Under the pieces are notes generated by a model, which saw only the letters and a list, made by a program, of their open reading frames with translations, had not been told where the DNA came from and did not search any database. Positions 25,361-37,601 of a stretch of DNA of 64,000 nt are shown in pieces. This DNA is from Yuukianura sp. NJ FZ-2021. Its lineage: Eukaryota. The translations under genes were made by a program, and so were the position numbers. The first letter of the stretch is position 1, and each line of letters opens with the position of its first letter. Location of the stretch: positions 5,828,001 through 5,892,000 of the forward strand of contig CM102283.1 of assembly GCA_046563655.1 (NCBI GenBank), read 5' to 3'.

Positions 25361-26376
25361 GGTTGAAGTAAACTTGAGAGACAGGATTGTCCCCACCCGT
25401 TCAAATTTTCGCGCTGCTTCCATTGTCCCCACTCGGTGGGGACAAATGTGTCCCCACCAGTCTTAAACAACTACTCCCCCTAGCGGTTGGTGTCGAACTA
25501 ACAAATTCCAGCTGGCAACGTTGTATTGTTGCTTCAATGTAAAAAAAAACCGGTATAGACAAGGCCACTAGGGACTAGGGCACATATAATCAATAAGCGA
25601 GATTCAGTCAGCCAAACCTACAGACTAAAAATAAAATTGCGAGACTTTTATGCCCAGTTCGTCCATTGCAGGTTAAGTTTTAACGGAGTTTAAATATTTA
25701 ACCGGAGATTAAAAAATTTAACTGGAGAAAATCGGCCGGTTAAATTTAACCAGACTTTAACCGGCAGAGGAATACAAGAATTTTGATACTTTGCATGTCA
25801 AAATTAATTGACGCATAATTAAGTTAATTGAGTTTAAAGGTGGAACTAGTTTGCACTAAACTCCGTTTAACTTTAACCTGCAATGGTAGAACTGGCCATT
25901 AGTTGGGCAAACCTACAGACGTAATCACTATTGCGTGCTTAACCAAACATAACGCCGCGGGAACTGCAAAGAAACTTCGTCCTGCAGTTTTAGCCCGAAG
26001 TACAATGCAGTATCCGCGCCGAAGGCACGGCGTTAGGTTTGGTTAAGCACGCAATAGTGACCACGTATGTAGGTTTCGCTGATTGTCCTAAAATAGTGAT
26101 TTTGTCTCTAGGGTTTTCTGACTTATGTTTCACTATATTTATTATCTGTGCCCTGGGTGGGAGCAATTGGGCCACAGTACGACGTTGCCCGCTCGAATTC
26201 GCTAGTTCTAGTTCAGCCGCTAGGGGGAGTCGGTGTAAGGCTGGTGAGGACACATTTGTCCCCACCAAGTGGGGACAAATGTACCCACTTGGTGGGGACA
26301 CTGGATGGGGACAATGGAAGCAGCGCGAAAATTTGAACGGGTGGGGACAATCCTGTCTTTCAAGTTTACTTCAACC
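25361..26376. mobile_element. Non-autonomous foldback DNA transposon (Mutator- or Merlin-like)
   Basis: Long inverted arms starting GGTTGAAGTAAACTTGA..ACAGGATTGTCCCCACCCGTTCAAATTTTCGCGCTGCTTCC, an 8-bp direct repeat AAAGATTG at 25353-25360 and 26377-26384, and internal GTGGGGACA subrepeats. The superfamily assignment is inference. Confidence 0.88.
25651..25898. mobile_element. PIF/Harbinger (Tourist)-like MITE nested in the foldback element
   Basis: About 40-bp imperfect TIRs TG(C/G)CCAGTTC..CCATTGCAGGTTAA..AACGGAGTTTA with TTA on both flanks. It interrupts only the left arm of the host element. Confidence 0.75.
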
Positions 26377-26795
26377 AAAGATTGACATTTGCTTGTGCTT
26401 GTGCAAGTTCGAAACCCATATGTTTCGTGTTTGTATAAACGAGAGCATGCTTTTCCTTACTGCAATGCGTTGTCCGGTGCGGTGGATTTGAGTCACAGTG
26501 AAATCAAGCGGTGCTGTCATTCGGATCAACTAACTAAAACTTCAAAAACTAAAATCTCTAAAGTGGCCAGTGGCGTACTATATTTGAGGCTTCGTTTAAG
26601 GGATTTCAAGAAAAGCAGTGGACCAACGTAGGCGGTAGCGGTTATTGGGTGGTGGTAAACGATATTCTGACGCAAGGTAAAATGATGCAAGCCTGCTATT
26701 ATTATTGCTCATATTGCTCTTTTTGTTGTGACCTAACCTTTGAAGTAAATTTCATTGTATTTTCAGAATCGGTCATAGTACGTCGAAGTAGAGTC

Positions 26796-29700
26796 ATGGC
26801 GGAAATCAAGAACGAATCAGAAATTCCCGGTGACAAAACGAAAGACGGTGAACCCCAAACACCTCTCAAGGACTTGCTAGTGAAGACGAAATCTCCGGGT
26901 GCTCCGAGTTCATCCGACTCAAGTCCAGGACCTGCAAATGGTAATCTTAACTTTTCACTGTAAAAATTTAAATCAGTTTCACATACAACGTCTTTGTCAG
27001 TTTCACCATTTTGTATCTTCTTCACGCCTCCACCTCCGGGAATCTTTATAGGGAAATAATTGGACGTATTTTGTTAAATTTCCAATTCCCGAAGTAAACA
27101 GCGCTCATTTTCGTTGATGTCTGAGGTAGACGATTCCTATGATACCATAAACGCTGACGAAGAATGGGTACAAGCTCAATTACGCGAAGGTCCCGTGCGT
27201 CTTAACGAGGCAGATGAGGTGGAGGCGGGGAAGGAAGACGAAGATTGTGAAGAAGAACTTGTAATGATTGACGCCATTAACAAGTATTTTGGAACTCCGT
27301 TCCGTCCTCATCCTATAGATGCGGCACTGGCAGCGAAGAAGGAGAGGGAAGCTAAGAAGAACGCTGAAAAGGCAGCCAAGATGCAGAAGTTTCTGGAGAA
27401 GAAGCAGAATGCTGCTGCTCCCAAACCCGGCGACGGAAAACCGAAGGAAAAGGCTAATAAGCCAGCCAAAGAAAAAGTTGTAGATACTGTGGACTACATG
27501 AAGACCTTACAAGGAATCCTGCCGGGAACCAAGAAGCCAACCGATGTACCTCTTCCGGATTCCTACGACCCCAAATACGTCGAAGCTGTCTGGTATCCAT
27601 GGTGGGTTTCTCAGGGTTACTTCAAACCTGAGTATGGATTGGGTGACGAAAGTTTGGAGGAAGCAATCGAGCGACGTGGAAAGTTTGTAATGGTAATTCC
27701 ACCACCAAATGTCACTGGGACGCTGCATATCGGTCATGCTCTAACCAGTGCTTTCGAGGACGTTATTACGAGATGGTAAATCGAAAAACACAACTATGTA
27801 TTAATATTTACACAGTTTTCGTCCATTTTTCAACATTAAGTTATTTTTGCTGTTTCAAAGGAATCGAATGTGTGGAAAAGTGACACTGTGGGTACCTGGA
27901 TGTGACCATGCTGGAATTGCTACTCAAATGGTGGTTGAGAAGGCACTGGCGAAGAATGAAGGGATATCGAGACATGACCTTGGGAGGGAGGCCTTCGTTA
28001 AGAGAGTTTGGGAATGGAAGGAACAAAAAGGCCATCGGATTTACGAACAATGTCAACGAATGGGAATTTCACCTGACTGGGATCGTGCTTGCTTCACCAT
28101 GGACGAGAAACTGTGTAAAGCTGTGACGAGAGCATTCATTTGCCTTTACGATTGGGCAAGTGGAAAATACAATTCGATTAACTTGCAATAATGCTTGAAA
28201 TTGAAGTTAACCTTTGACTTTGTATGTTTAGGGATTCATTTACCGTTCGGATCGTTTGGTAAATTGGTCATGCACTCTGAAGAGCTGCATTTCTGACATA
28301 GAGGTGGACAAGATCGAACTGACTGGAAGAACATTTTTAGCTGTGCCGGGATACAAAGATAAAGTCGAATTTGGTGTCATTACGTCTTTTGCTTATAAGG
28401 TGAGGGGAATGTTGACCTTTGGCATTCATGACTCGATTATAACAGTATATTTTTGTTTAGTTGGAGGATGGAACTGAAATTGTAGTCGCCACGACTCGGC
28501 CGGAGACAATGCTTGGTGACGTTGCTATCGCTGTTCACCCTGAAGACGAACGATATAAAAGTCTAATTGGAAAAATAGCCAAGCATCCTTTTGTTGAACG
28601 TGACCTTCCAATTATCGCTGATGACTTTGTGGATCGTGCCTTTGGAACCGGTTGTGTCAAGATTACTCCTGCGCATGACGCAAATGACTACGAAGTAGGA
28701 AAGCGACATTCGCTTGAATTTGTTAACATCATGGATGAAGACGGAAATATGCTTGACAACTGTGGAAAATTCTCCAAGATGAAGCGATTTGATGCTCGAA
28801 AGGCCGTTTTAGCAGCACTCAAAGATCTTGGTCTATTTCATGGTACTGCGGATAACCCTATGGTGGTTCCAATTTGCTCTCGTTCCAAGGACATCGTGGA
28901 ACCACTTCTGAAGATGCAGTGGTATGTCAACTGTACACAAATGGCAAAAGATGCTTTAGAGGTTGTGAAAGAAGAGAAACTGCGGATAATGCCAGAAGCT
29001 AATGTGAAAATATGGACTCACTGGATGGAAGGAATTCGGGATTGGTGCATTTCGAGGCAGCTTTGGTGGGGTCACCAAATCCCGGCATACCGAATCAAAT
29101 CGACACTAATTCCTGAAGGTACATTGCTAAAAATTGTTCAAGGATTCTAATGTTTTTGCTTGTCATTTTTTTTTGCAGATCAAGAAGTGTGGGTTGCAGC
29201 TGAGAGTGAACCAGAAGCTTTAGAAAAAGCGCGCCAAAAGTATCCTCAAGCATCTGATGTATCATTGATCAGAGACGAAGATGTGCTGGACACTTGGTTT
29301 TCGGCAGGACTATTCCCATTTTCTGTTTTCGGTTGGCCGGATACAGACAACCAGGATTTCAAGCTATTCTATCCCACGGACTTCCTGGAAACGGGCTATG
29401 ATATTCTGTTCTTCTGGGTAGCAAGAATGGTCTTCATGGGCATGACGTTGACAAAGAGCCTTCCGTTCAAGACAGTTTTTCTCCATTCTATTGTGAGAGA
29501 CGCCCATGGAAGAAAGATGTCCAAGTCTCTAGGAAATGTCATTGACCCGGTGGATGTTATCCAGGGAATTTCGTTAGCCGACCTCCAAAAGAGTCTGGAC
29601 AGTGGAAATCTGGATCCCAAAGAAGTTGAGAAAGCTAAACAAGGACAACGCCAAGATTATCCAAACGGAATCCCAGAATGTGGAACAGACGCTCTCCGAT

Positions 29701-30920
29701 TTGCTTTATGTGCGTGTATGGCGCTTGGACGTGACTTGAATCTGGATGTGCTCCGTGTCCAAGGCTATCGATTCTTTTGCAACAAAATGTGGAATGCTGT
29801 GAAGTTTTCAATGAGATACTGGAATCAAGCTTACACTCCAAGCCAACATAGTCCATTGGTAAGCTAGAGAATCATTGGAATTTTGTTCGTTGTTAATTTG
29901 ATGTTGATTTTTACTTTTTGTTTGTTTGTTTGTTTTTAGTCCGTCCCGGTTGCTGAATTTGATCGAATGGATCGGTGGATCTTGGGTGGCTTAGGCAATC
30001 TTGTTCGTGTAGTAAACGAAGCCCTGGAGAAGTATGATTTCCAAGCAGCCAGTTCTGCAATTTATGACTTCTGGCTCTATGACCTCTGCGACGTTTACCT
30101 GGAATCGATCAAGCCAAAGTTAAGCACAGAAGCCACTACGTTGACCCCACCGCAGCAGCAACATCTCGACGTTCTCCTATTCTGTATTGAAACTGGTTTA
30201 CGCATCTTAGCTCCATTCATGCCGTTTATCACCGAAGAACTGTGGCAGCGTTTACCCGTCTTCCAGGAAGATAAGGCCACGAGAGCCCCGTCACTTGCAG
30301 TAGCGCCATATCCTCGTGCCCAAGCGTTTCAAGTATTTGAGAGTGACAAGATCAAGGAAGAAGTGGCTTTCATGAACAAAATGATTCGTACCATCAGATC
30401 GTCTCGCTCTGTGTACAACTTGCCAAACAAGGTCAAAACGGATGTACTTGTGCTTTACTCGGATGATTCCCTGCGAACTGTTATTGAAGAAGATGCGGAG
30501 ACGGTATCTGCTTTGGCCTACTCGAAAGTCAAGGGGATACAATCAAAAGATGAAGTTCCGGCCGGATCAGCTGCTGCTGTCGTCTCTGACAAATGCACTG
30601 CGTACATTGTTCTTCAAGTGAGTTTATGCTTACTTTTAAATAAGTTTGTCCAAGTATGCTTGAGATTGATGTTATTAATTCGCGTTTTGCAGGGATTGAT
30701 TGATCCAACGAAGGAAGTGGAACGGCTCGGCAAGAAACTGGGAATTGCTCAGCAGCAGTTGACGAAACTTCAGGATGCAACCAGCCGACCAGACTATGAA
30801 GCCAAAGTTCCAATTGAAATTAGGGAGACTAATTCCACCAAGATGAGTACCCTTGACGGTGAAATTAAGGAGCTGTGTGATGTTATAGCGGCCGTGAAAT
30901 TAATGATCAGTGGAGAATAA
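26796..30920 (+). CDS. ValRS: Valyl-tRNA synthetase (cytosolic type)
   Basis: [13 protein letters not shown] (HIGH motif), [50 protein letters not shown] (KMSKS motif), [16 protein letters not shown] and a C-terminal coiled coil. Confidence 0.97.
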
Positions 30921-31271
30921 GCTATTTCCACTTTTTGTACCGTTCAGAGTATCTCATTTAGCACTTCACAATTTCAGAAATAAATTAAATTCGGTAACTG
31001 CTGCAGATTCTAATGCAATTTTCTCGAATTCGTGGGATGAAGATGCAGAGTACTAGTCCTAGGATTGGTCTGGCCTCCTCTGTTTTTTTTTCCTGTGGAG
31101 TGAATGGGACTTGGGGGAGGATGTTTTTGTTTTTGGTCTCTAATCATCTGCTAAATTGTATAAATTGACAGTAATTTTCAGGTTTTCAGCGATTTATCAG
31201 GACAAGCATTTCAGTCCTCGTCACTACGCTGGATTGGAAGGCTAAGGTGTGACTTTATCATTCATTACAAT

Positions 31272-31434
31272 AACTAGACGGAACCCGTGATGTTGACACA
31301 TCACGATGACATGAAGGAAGGATGAGTTTGAACATTTTGTCAAAAATCCGCTAGCTTTTTCGTTTGACCCGAGGTATGACCTAGTTCTTAAAGGTAATTT
31401 CGTGATGTGCGAACATCACGGGTTCCGTCTAGTT
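31272..31434. mobile_element. Short element with inverted termini, each resembling a Helitron 3' end
   Basis: 23-bp perfect inverted termini AACTAGACGGAACCCGTGATGTT. Each end carries a subterminal hairpin (CGTGATGT-n4-ACATCACG) about 10 nt inside a CTAG. Confidence 0.65.
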
Positions 31435-31730
31435 GAATCGAAAATGTATTGTAAAGGCTGGGGGGCAAGCCCCCCCAGACCCCCCCCCCCTTTCTTTTGG
31501 TTTCTGAGTTGAGATGGAATTTGTGGAAGTCTGTGCTTGGAGAAGTAATGTTAAAGGGACACCCCAGGATCGTTCCACTCTTCCAAGCAGAGAGAGTTTT
31601 TTGCACATATAGTTTGCATTAGCATGGGATTTCACGTTGTGACCAAGGGACACTCGTCAATTAGAGTATGATTGACTTGCATACTTATTAGGGCTCAAGC
31701 TCATTCGTATCATTGGTTTGAATTATGCAG

Positions 31731-33233
31731 ATGGAGGAAACGAGCTCGAAGCCAAAGAAAGCCAAGGAACACTGGAAACAGAAGAGGTCAAGGTCAACTT
31801 CAAGCTTACTCGCAGTGGCATCAGTCGCGACGGTCAACAGCGAGTCTGATAACTCAGGGAAGGAAGGAGATTCTGATGATGCTCAACGATCCTTTGCCAA
31901 ATTGAGTCTACAAACGGGTAAACCAAGGTAACGCCTTGATTCTGGCTGGTATTTATCAAAGTATTGGCCTTTGGATATGCTTCAGATTAAATTCAAATCC
32001 TGCTCTTTCATTCTTCAGCAGGAGACGACGTTATAAGCGAATGGCGATTGACTACATAACAGAAATTGAGACGCATGATGAACCACATCTATTGAAAGAA
32101 CCCTATCAAACTAATATGCACGATGGTCCTAGCCAAGTGTACGGTCCGCATGAAGCAAACGTTTCCAAAGTTAGTCTACCAGTACCATCCGCCTCTGGTG
32201 CTAATCATCATCATACTCACCACAAAAAGCACAAGAAAAAAGTGTCACCTTTCCTTTCTTTTGATTTGGACACTGGAAAGAGGAAGCGAAGTGGCAGAGA
32301 CAAGTCTATTGAACCACCTTCATTTCCTTTGGCCTCCTGCTCCTCTGAGTTTCAGTCTATGATTGGTATTGGAATGGATCTGATGAACGTGGACAATGAC
32401 GATAACGAACTTATGGATGAAAGCGACGGCGACGATATGTCAAGTCTTTCCAGTGGCTCTGAGTCTGGCTCAGTTGCTCATAGCTGTGACGAAGGAGGAG
32501 ATGGTAAATTGAAGCTCATTACTATGCTTATCTTAATTTAAATAACATTTATTGTAGTTGGTAGGTTGTGCGGAACATGAATTTTTTATTTAAAGGAGAT
32601 GACGAACAATCAGACTGGGTCGGGGATGAATGGAAAGACGAAATGGGTGAATCCGATCGCCGTGCACTGATTCTAAGACGTCTTCGAGATTATGTCCCAT
32701 CTCGAGAAATTCGAGCAGGGAAAAGAAGAGGTAAACATCACACTGTGGCAACGTGGCAACATCAGCGCTGACATATTTAAGGCGTATTGCACTAACATTC
32801 TGTTTATTTTTAAGTTTATCCCGAGATTCCGCCGTTTTCAATGCGAACGTATGCCAACGAACAAGTATCGAAGTTCCTCCAGGATCCGGGACAGTCACAA
32901 TTGAGGTAAAACTGAAACTACAAATGCCAATTACTTTTACATTTGTAGCGACAGTTGTAACTTGAGTTTCCACTTTTTCTTGCTTTGACCAGGCTTCATC
33001 CAATGCGACAAGACGAGCGCGTTCAATTGAGTCACATTGCCTATCTGTATTCGCTGCAACTCAATTCGGACGAAGCTGGTGGATGTGTAATCCTCACAAA
33101 AACATCAAACACGACACAAATGACTGCTGGTAGTCCAGACCGAGGAGGATATTCCAAGTCGATGCCAACAGAAAATGCTCGGATTGAAAGTGAAAGTGAT
33201 TCCAAGAGAATTAAAAAATCAGACTGCCATTAA
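31731..33233 (+). CDS. GPATCH2/GPATCH2L-like protein with a degenerate R3H-like C-terminus and no visible G-patch (5' end uncertain)
   Basis: Motifs RRRRYKRMAID and GDDEQSDW resemble GPATCH2 blocks as I recall them. Five exons splice in frame and end HPMRQDERVQLSHIAYLYSLQL...SDCH*. A possible extra first exon lies at 31624-31665. Confidence 0.65.
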
Positions 33234-33898
33234 TACGGTACACAAGACGTGAAGTAAACGACGGCAAGCTTCTAATCAACAATAACCCAGTTAATCAGGC
33301 GCTTAAGATTGGTTGGCCGGGTCAGTATTGAAGTTTCAAATGCTAAATGCTGTTTGTTGTCTAGAAATTGTTGATTTGTTAATAAGCTTCATTTTTAAGG
33401 TACTACTGCGACAGCGATTAGTTAACTGCAACTTAAACTGTTAACTACGTCAGTTCAGAACGACTTTAGAATTATTTATTAAAAAAAACATATTTATACA
33501 AAGCGATGTTTTACATGATTCATTTGAAAATTTATTTTTAGTACAGTTTTTCAACAATGTTCGAGCGGCAATGTACTGGAAGTATTTTTCTGGTCAATAA
33601 TCTTTGTTATGGAAACGGTGACGTCTTTTCAAACAATTCTTCAACGTTAGACCAACAACAGGTACGTACCCACTTAAAAATAGCCAAAAAATTTTGAAAG
33701 TTATTCACGAACGCGAGCGTAACGTAGATTGCTATTTCAACTTTCTTTGTTTTGGTTTCAGTCAAAAAGTTCCGAGTTCTGCTGCACTTCCGGTGCAATT
33801 CTGTGAAGTTAGGTTGAAGACAGAAGTATCCGAAAACTTTGGCGTCCTGACATACTGGTGACCTTGACGACGGGATTGGTCGATGAGTGTGCAATACC

Positions 33899-35178
33899 AT
33901 GGCCTTAGTTGACCATCAAAAGGGCTCATTCTCTGAAGCGCTTGAACGCGAATCAAGTGTAGGAGGTGGAGTAACTTATGTAAACTGGGGAGACTTAGAA
34001 CCTCCGCTTGAGATTGACGATCCGCTTCCGCGGCGTGGGAGTTCTCTCGTTAATCTACCGAAAGGAAAACGCCTGATTTCCTTCATCAAGCGTCGGTTTG
34101 TCTGGATTTTGTACTTGACCATGATCATCCAAGTAGTAAGTTTGTGTACAAAACTGTAAAAACACTTAAAAAATCTGTAGTTTTTTTTAGTTTCTTTGGT
34201 TTTTCAATTTCAGGGAGCCAACATTGGCGTGCTGACGGCGCTTCCTGGGATATTGACGAATGACGCTCTGTACTCCCGAAATGATCTGACTCATCCCGTT
34301 ATCACTTCCCAGTGTGTGCCTCTGTTCGCAACTTGCGTCATCACTCATCGTAAGTCAGTAACAACAGACACCAATTATAACATAAAGTAATATTGAAGTT
34401 GATAGTTGCTAATCTCAAATGCAGTGGTACTCGGAGAATGGCACTTCGTTCGATACCGATATCATCTCCAGCAAGGTGATCTCCTTGGAGTTGTCGGTAT
34501 GCTACTACTCTTCGTTACGGCCGTAGCCATCGATGCATGTCGCCTAATCCAGGCTCACATGCGCCTCGTCGATATAAGACGACATGATGGCACTAACGAA
34601 ACGGTCTACAGCACACAATGCCTCCAAACTTACGTCAATCTTGCTAGAGATCTCGACTATACGCGTTTGACTCTCACGCCGGTAGAATATTTGATTGACA
34701 AGGTAAAAATAGCATACATAGCAAAGTTGTGTCCGACGACGGCGAGTCACACTTGATTAATTGAATCCATTAATTGCTAATTTCTTCCACTTCTGGTTTC
34801 TACTGTGTAGTATCAGTGTTGCGGACCAAAGAAGAACTTGACCAAGAACTTCGCCTTTTACCCCAACGTAACAACGAATCTCCGAATGGAGAACCTGACC
34901 AGCGCAGGATTTCGTTGCTGCAGTAGCGAGTGTACTTGTAACTCCAACAACGGAAGCATGTCCACGGTAACATTCTTACAAAAATACCAAGCTGTTCAAG
35001 TATAAGTTCAAGCTGACCGACAGTCTTTGCTTTGTAGATGTGTCTAACAAAGCTCGTGGAGGAAATGGGCGGGGTATATTCTTCTACGTACCCAATTTAC
35101 ATTGTGTTTGTGTTAGCATCAGTAAGTTCTATATTGGCTTTTCTTCATTACAATTCCCAACCAACGGAAATGCAGTAA
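33899..35178 (+). CDS. Divergent tetraspanin-like membrane protein (5 exons)
   Basis: Several hydrophobic segments and a large loop containing YQCCG, RCC and a Cys about 11 residues before the last hydrophobic segment (MCLTKLVEEMGGVYSSTYPIYIVFVLASVSSILAFL). Confidence 0.65.
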
Positions 35179-35297
35179 AAGGCTTTTCTTTAAGGCTATT
35201 AGGAAACATTTACTAAAATCTCATCAGGACTTTAACGTTGGCGACGACAATTGGATGCATAACTCATTTAGATTGGTATTATAAGTTAACAAAATTA

Positions 35298-36831
35298 TTA
35301 CGAAAGGCAATCTACTGAAGCAGTTGAATTTGAGCTTTTCTGACCTTCGATGCAACGATTATGTTGTGAATTATTTGGTGTGGTTGATGTCTGACTCTGG
35401 CGGGATTGGTAAGCGACAATGTTTCTCGGAAAAAGAGCAGCGATTAGAGCAAGTTTAGCAACTAAAGGTGACTTCGCAGTTTTCTTTAGGTCTAAATGTT
35501 CCTTATCTTCTTCCACCTGAAAAAATGAAGTGAATTGGTTTTAAAATGTAACATTCTCTTGAATCCCTTAGTTCTTTCTTAAACAAAACATGAAACATTT
35601 CAGAATGTGACCATGTCGTTCTGTACCTTATCAAGGATGTGTCTGTAGACAAGTCCGTCTGACCCAACGTCGAAATGAGAAATAGCGTCGAACCATACTT
35701 CTTGATGCTTCATGATTTCCTCCCACCTCCACAATTTAAATTTCCAGAATTTCAGGAACACCTATAATTGACAATTTTTGGTCAGTAAATGACATATTAT
35801 AATGAATATCAAGTACATCAAGTAGGAAATCTTACACGTAGACCAGAAATTCCCACGACTTGCCATTTAACGGTTATCCTCCCTTCCATGGGATGTTGGC
35901 TCATACTAACCAAGTGTGCCCTGACATAGGCAAATTTAAAGTGCCCACCAAAACGAAGGAGAGCTACTTGTTGGACATATTTGAACAGCCCACTAAAAAC
36001 AGACATACGATTACAAGAATTTGACATCAGTGGCAGTGGACGATCAATGAAAAATGTCATGAAAGCAAACTCCGCTGTCACTTACTGAGTCGTCTTATTG
36101 TGAATATTGTTGATGAGCACCACATCCTGGGAATAAATTTTGTAATCCATAGTGTGTGTAAAAAGTCTTGGTAGCTGGACAGAAAAAATAAGTAACCAGT
36201 CATCAGTCATGTTTCGTTAATTTTGCAACATAGATATCTGAACCCGATTATCAAGTAACAAAATAATTAGCAATGTATTTCATTCTTACGTTAGTCTGAA
36301 TAGAGTCATACACATATTGAAGTTGATCAGCCGATGGCTTATCGTCCATGTCAGACGAAGGTGGAGAGACTGCTGGCTTTGGAGCCGCAGCAGAATAAAG
36401 ATTCTCGGCAGGGTTTATAGCTGAGTTTAAACCATTAGAGCTCGTTGGAACTATTGGTGATAGCCAGCGATTCCCAAGACAAGTTTCAGTTTGAAGCTTG
36501 ATGGTATCTAGATATAAAATTTCATATTCAATTATTAATTATCTGATGTTTCATGTTTACACAACTTCAAGTACTTTTACTAACGTCGTGGTAAGTTGGA
36601 CTGAGGCCCCTTGATTTCTTTTAGCAAAAAAAGTCTGCTAGTTATACGAGAATCTTGTCGTTTAATTTCTCCAAGCCAAAGTACTGGATTTGCATGTAGC
36701 AAGTTCTGAAATTTCAAGAAATAATAATATTGCCAAAATCCTTCCTAATATACGAAATAAATTCCAAGTAAAATGGTGTAACTCGTAATTCATAAATTGC
36801 TTACTCTGTGTATAACTCTATGAGTCGCCAT
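35298..36831 (-). CDS. C6orf136: C6orf136 / DUF2358 homolog (7 exons)
   Basis: Spliced product contains KPSADQLQYVYDSIQTN-LPRLFTHTMDYKIYSQDVVLINNI, GHFKFAYV, ITVKWQVVGISG and WFDAISHFDVGSDGLVYRHILDK. Confidence 0.8.
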
Positions 36832-37601
36832 TGATCGTTCGTTACTAATAGACTGCGTGAGTCGTTACTGTCGTTTCCTTCCGGTTAATATGACCGTCTT
36901 TTGGAGTTTTAGAGTACTACAGAACAACGTATTAATCGTGCAGACATCAGCTTTAGCAGGCGTCTTAATAAACGTAGACTGAGCAGTGAGCACTGACCGG
37001 TGCTTATCGATGATACGAGTGAACGACCGAGGTTAAGTAGATTCGTATGCGATAATTTTTCACAGTGGAAATGTCGCTTCGTTACCGTCTAAGGTTTACC
37101 GCTGTCACTCTCCACCCTTAATTTCAGTTTACCTTTTCTGGTTTCTTATACGTTTGACCTGCACAAAGATGTCTAGCAAAACGAAAACTAGTAATTGTAA
37201 TATATCATATGTAATTAATTAGCGGTAATTAACTACTGGACATTACTTACATTGATTAGCCGCAAAAAAATGGAAATCAAGTGCTCTGTTTGTGTTCTTT
37301 ATGGAATCTCAACATTGGCGCCGTCAGAAACCGGATGCGGATGAAATGATAAAACGAGAAAACATTTCAAAAGTTGACGTGAAAATTGTACTTATCTAAT
37401 TGGTAAGTAATTGGAAAACCTTGAAATTCCCGGAAGATATCCATTTCTTTTTCTCCTATTTTTATTAGTATTTTACTCACTTTTTTAACTCAATTTAAAA
37501 TATTCATCAATGAAGGCTGAGTGCAAAAGATCAATTTGTAAATTATTTTGGCATTGTGATTTATTTCTAATAACTTCCAGGTTCTCTAAACTTTCATCTT
37601 T

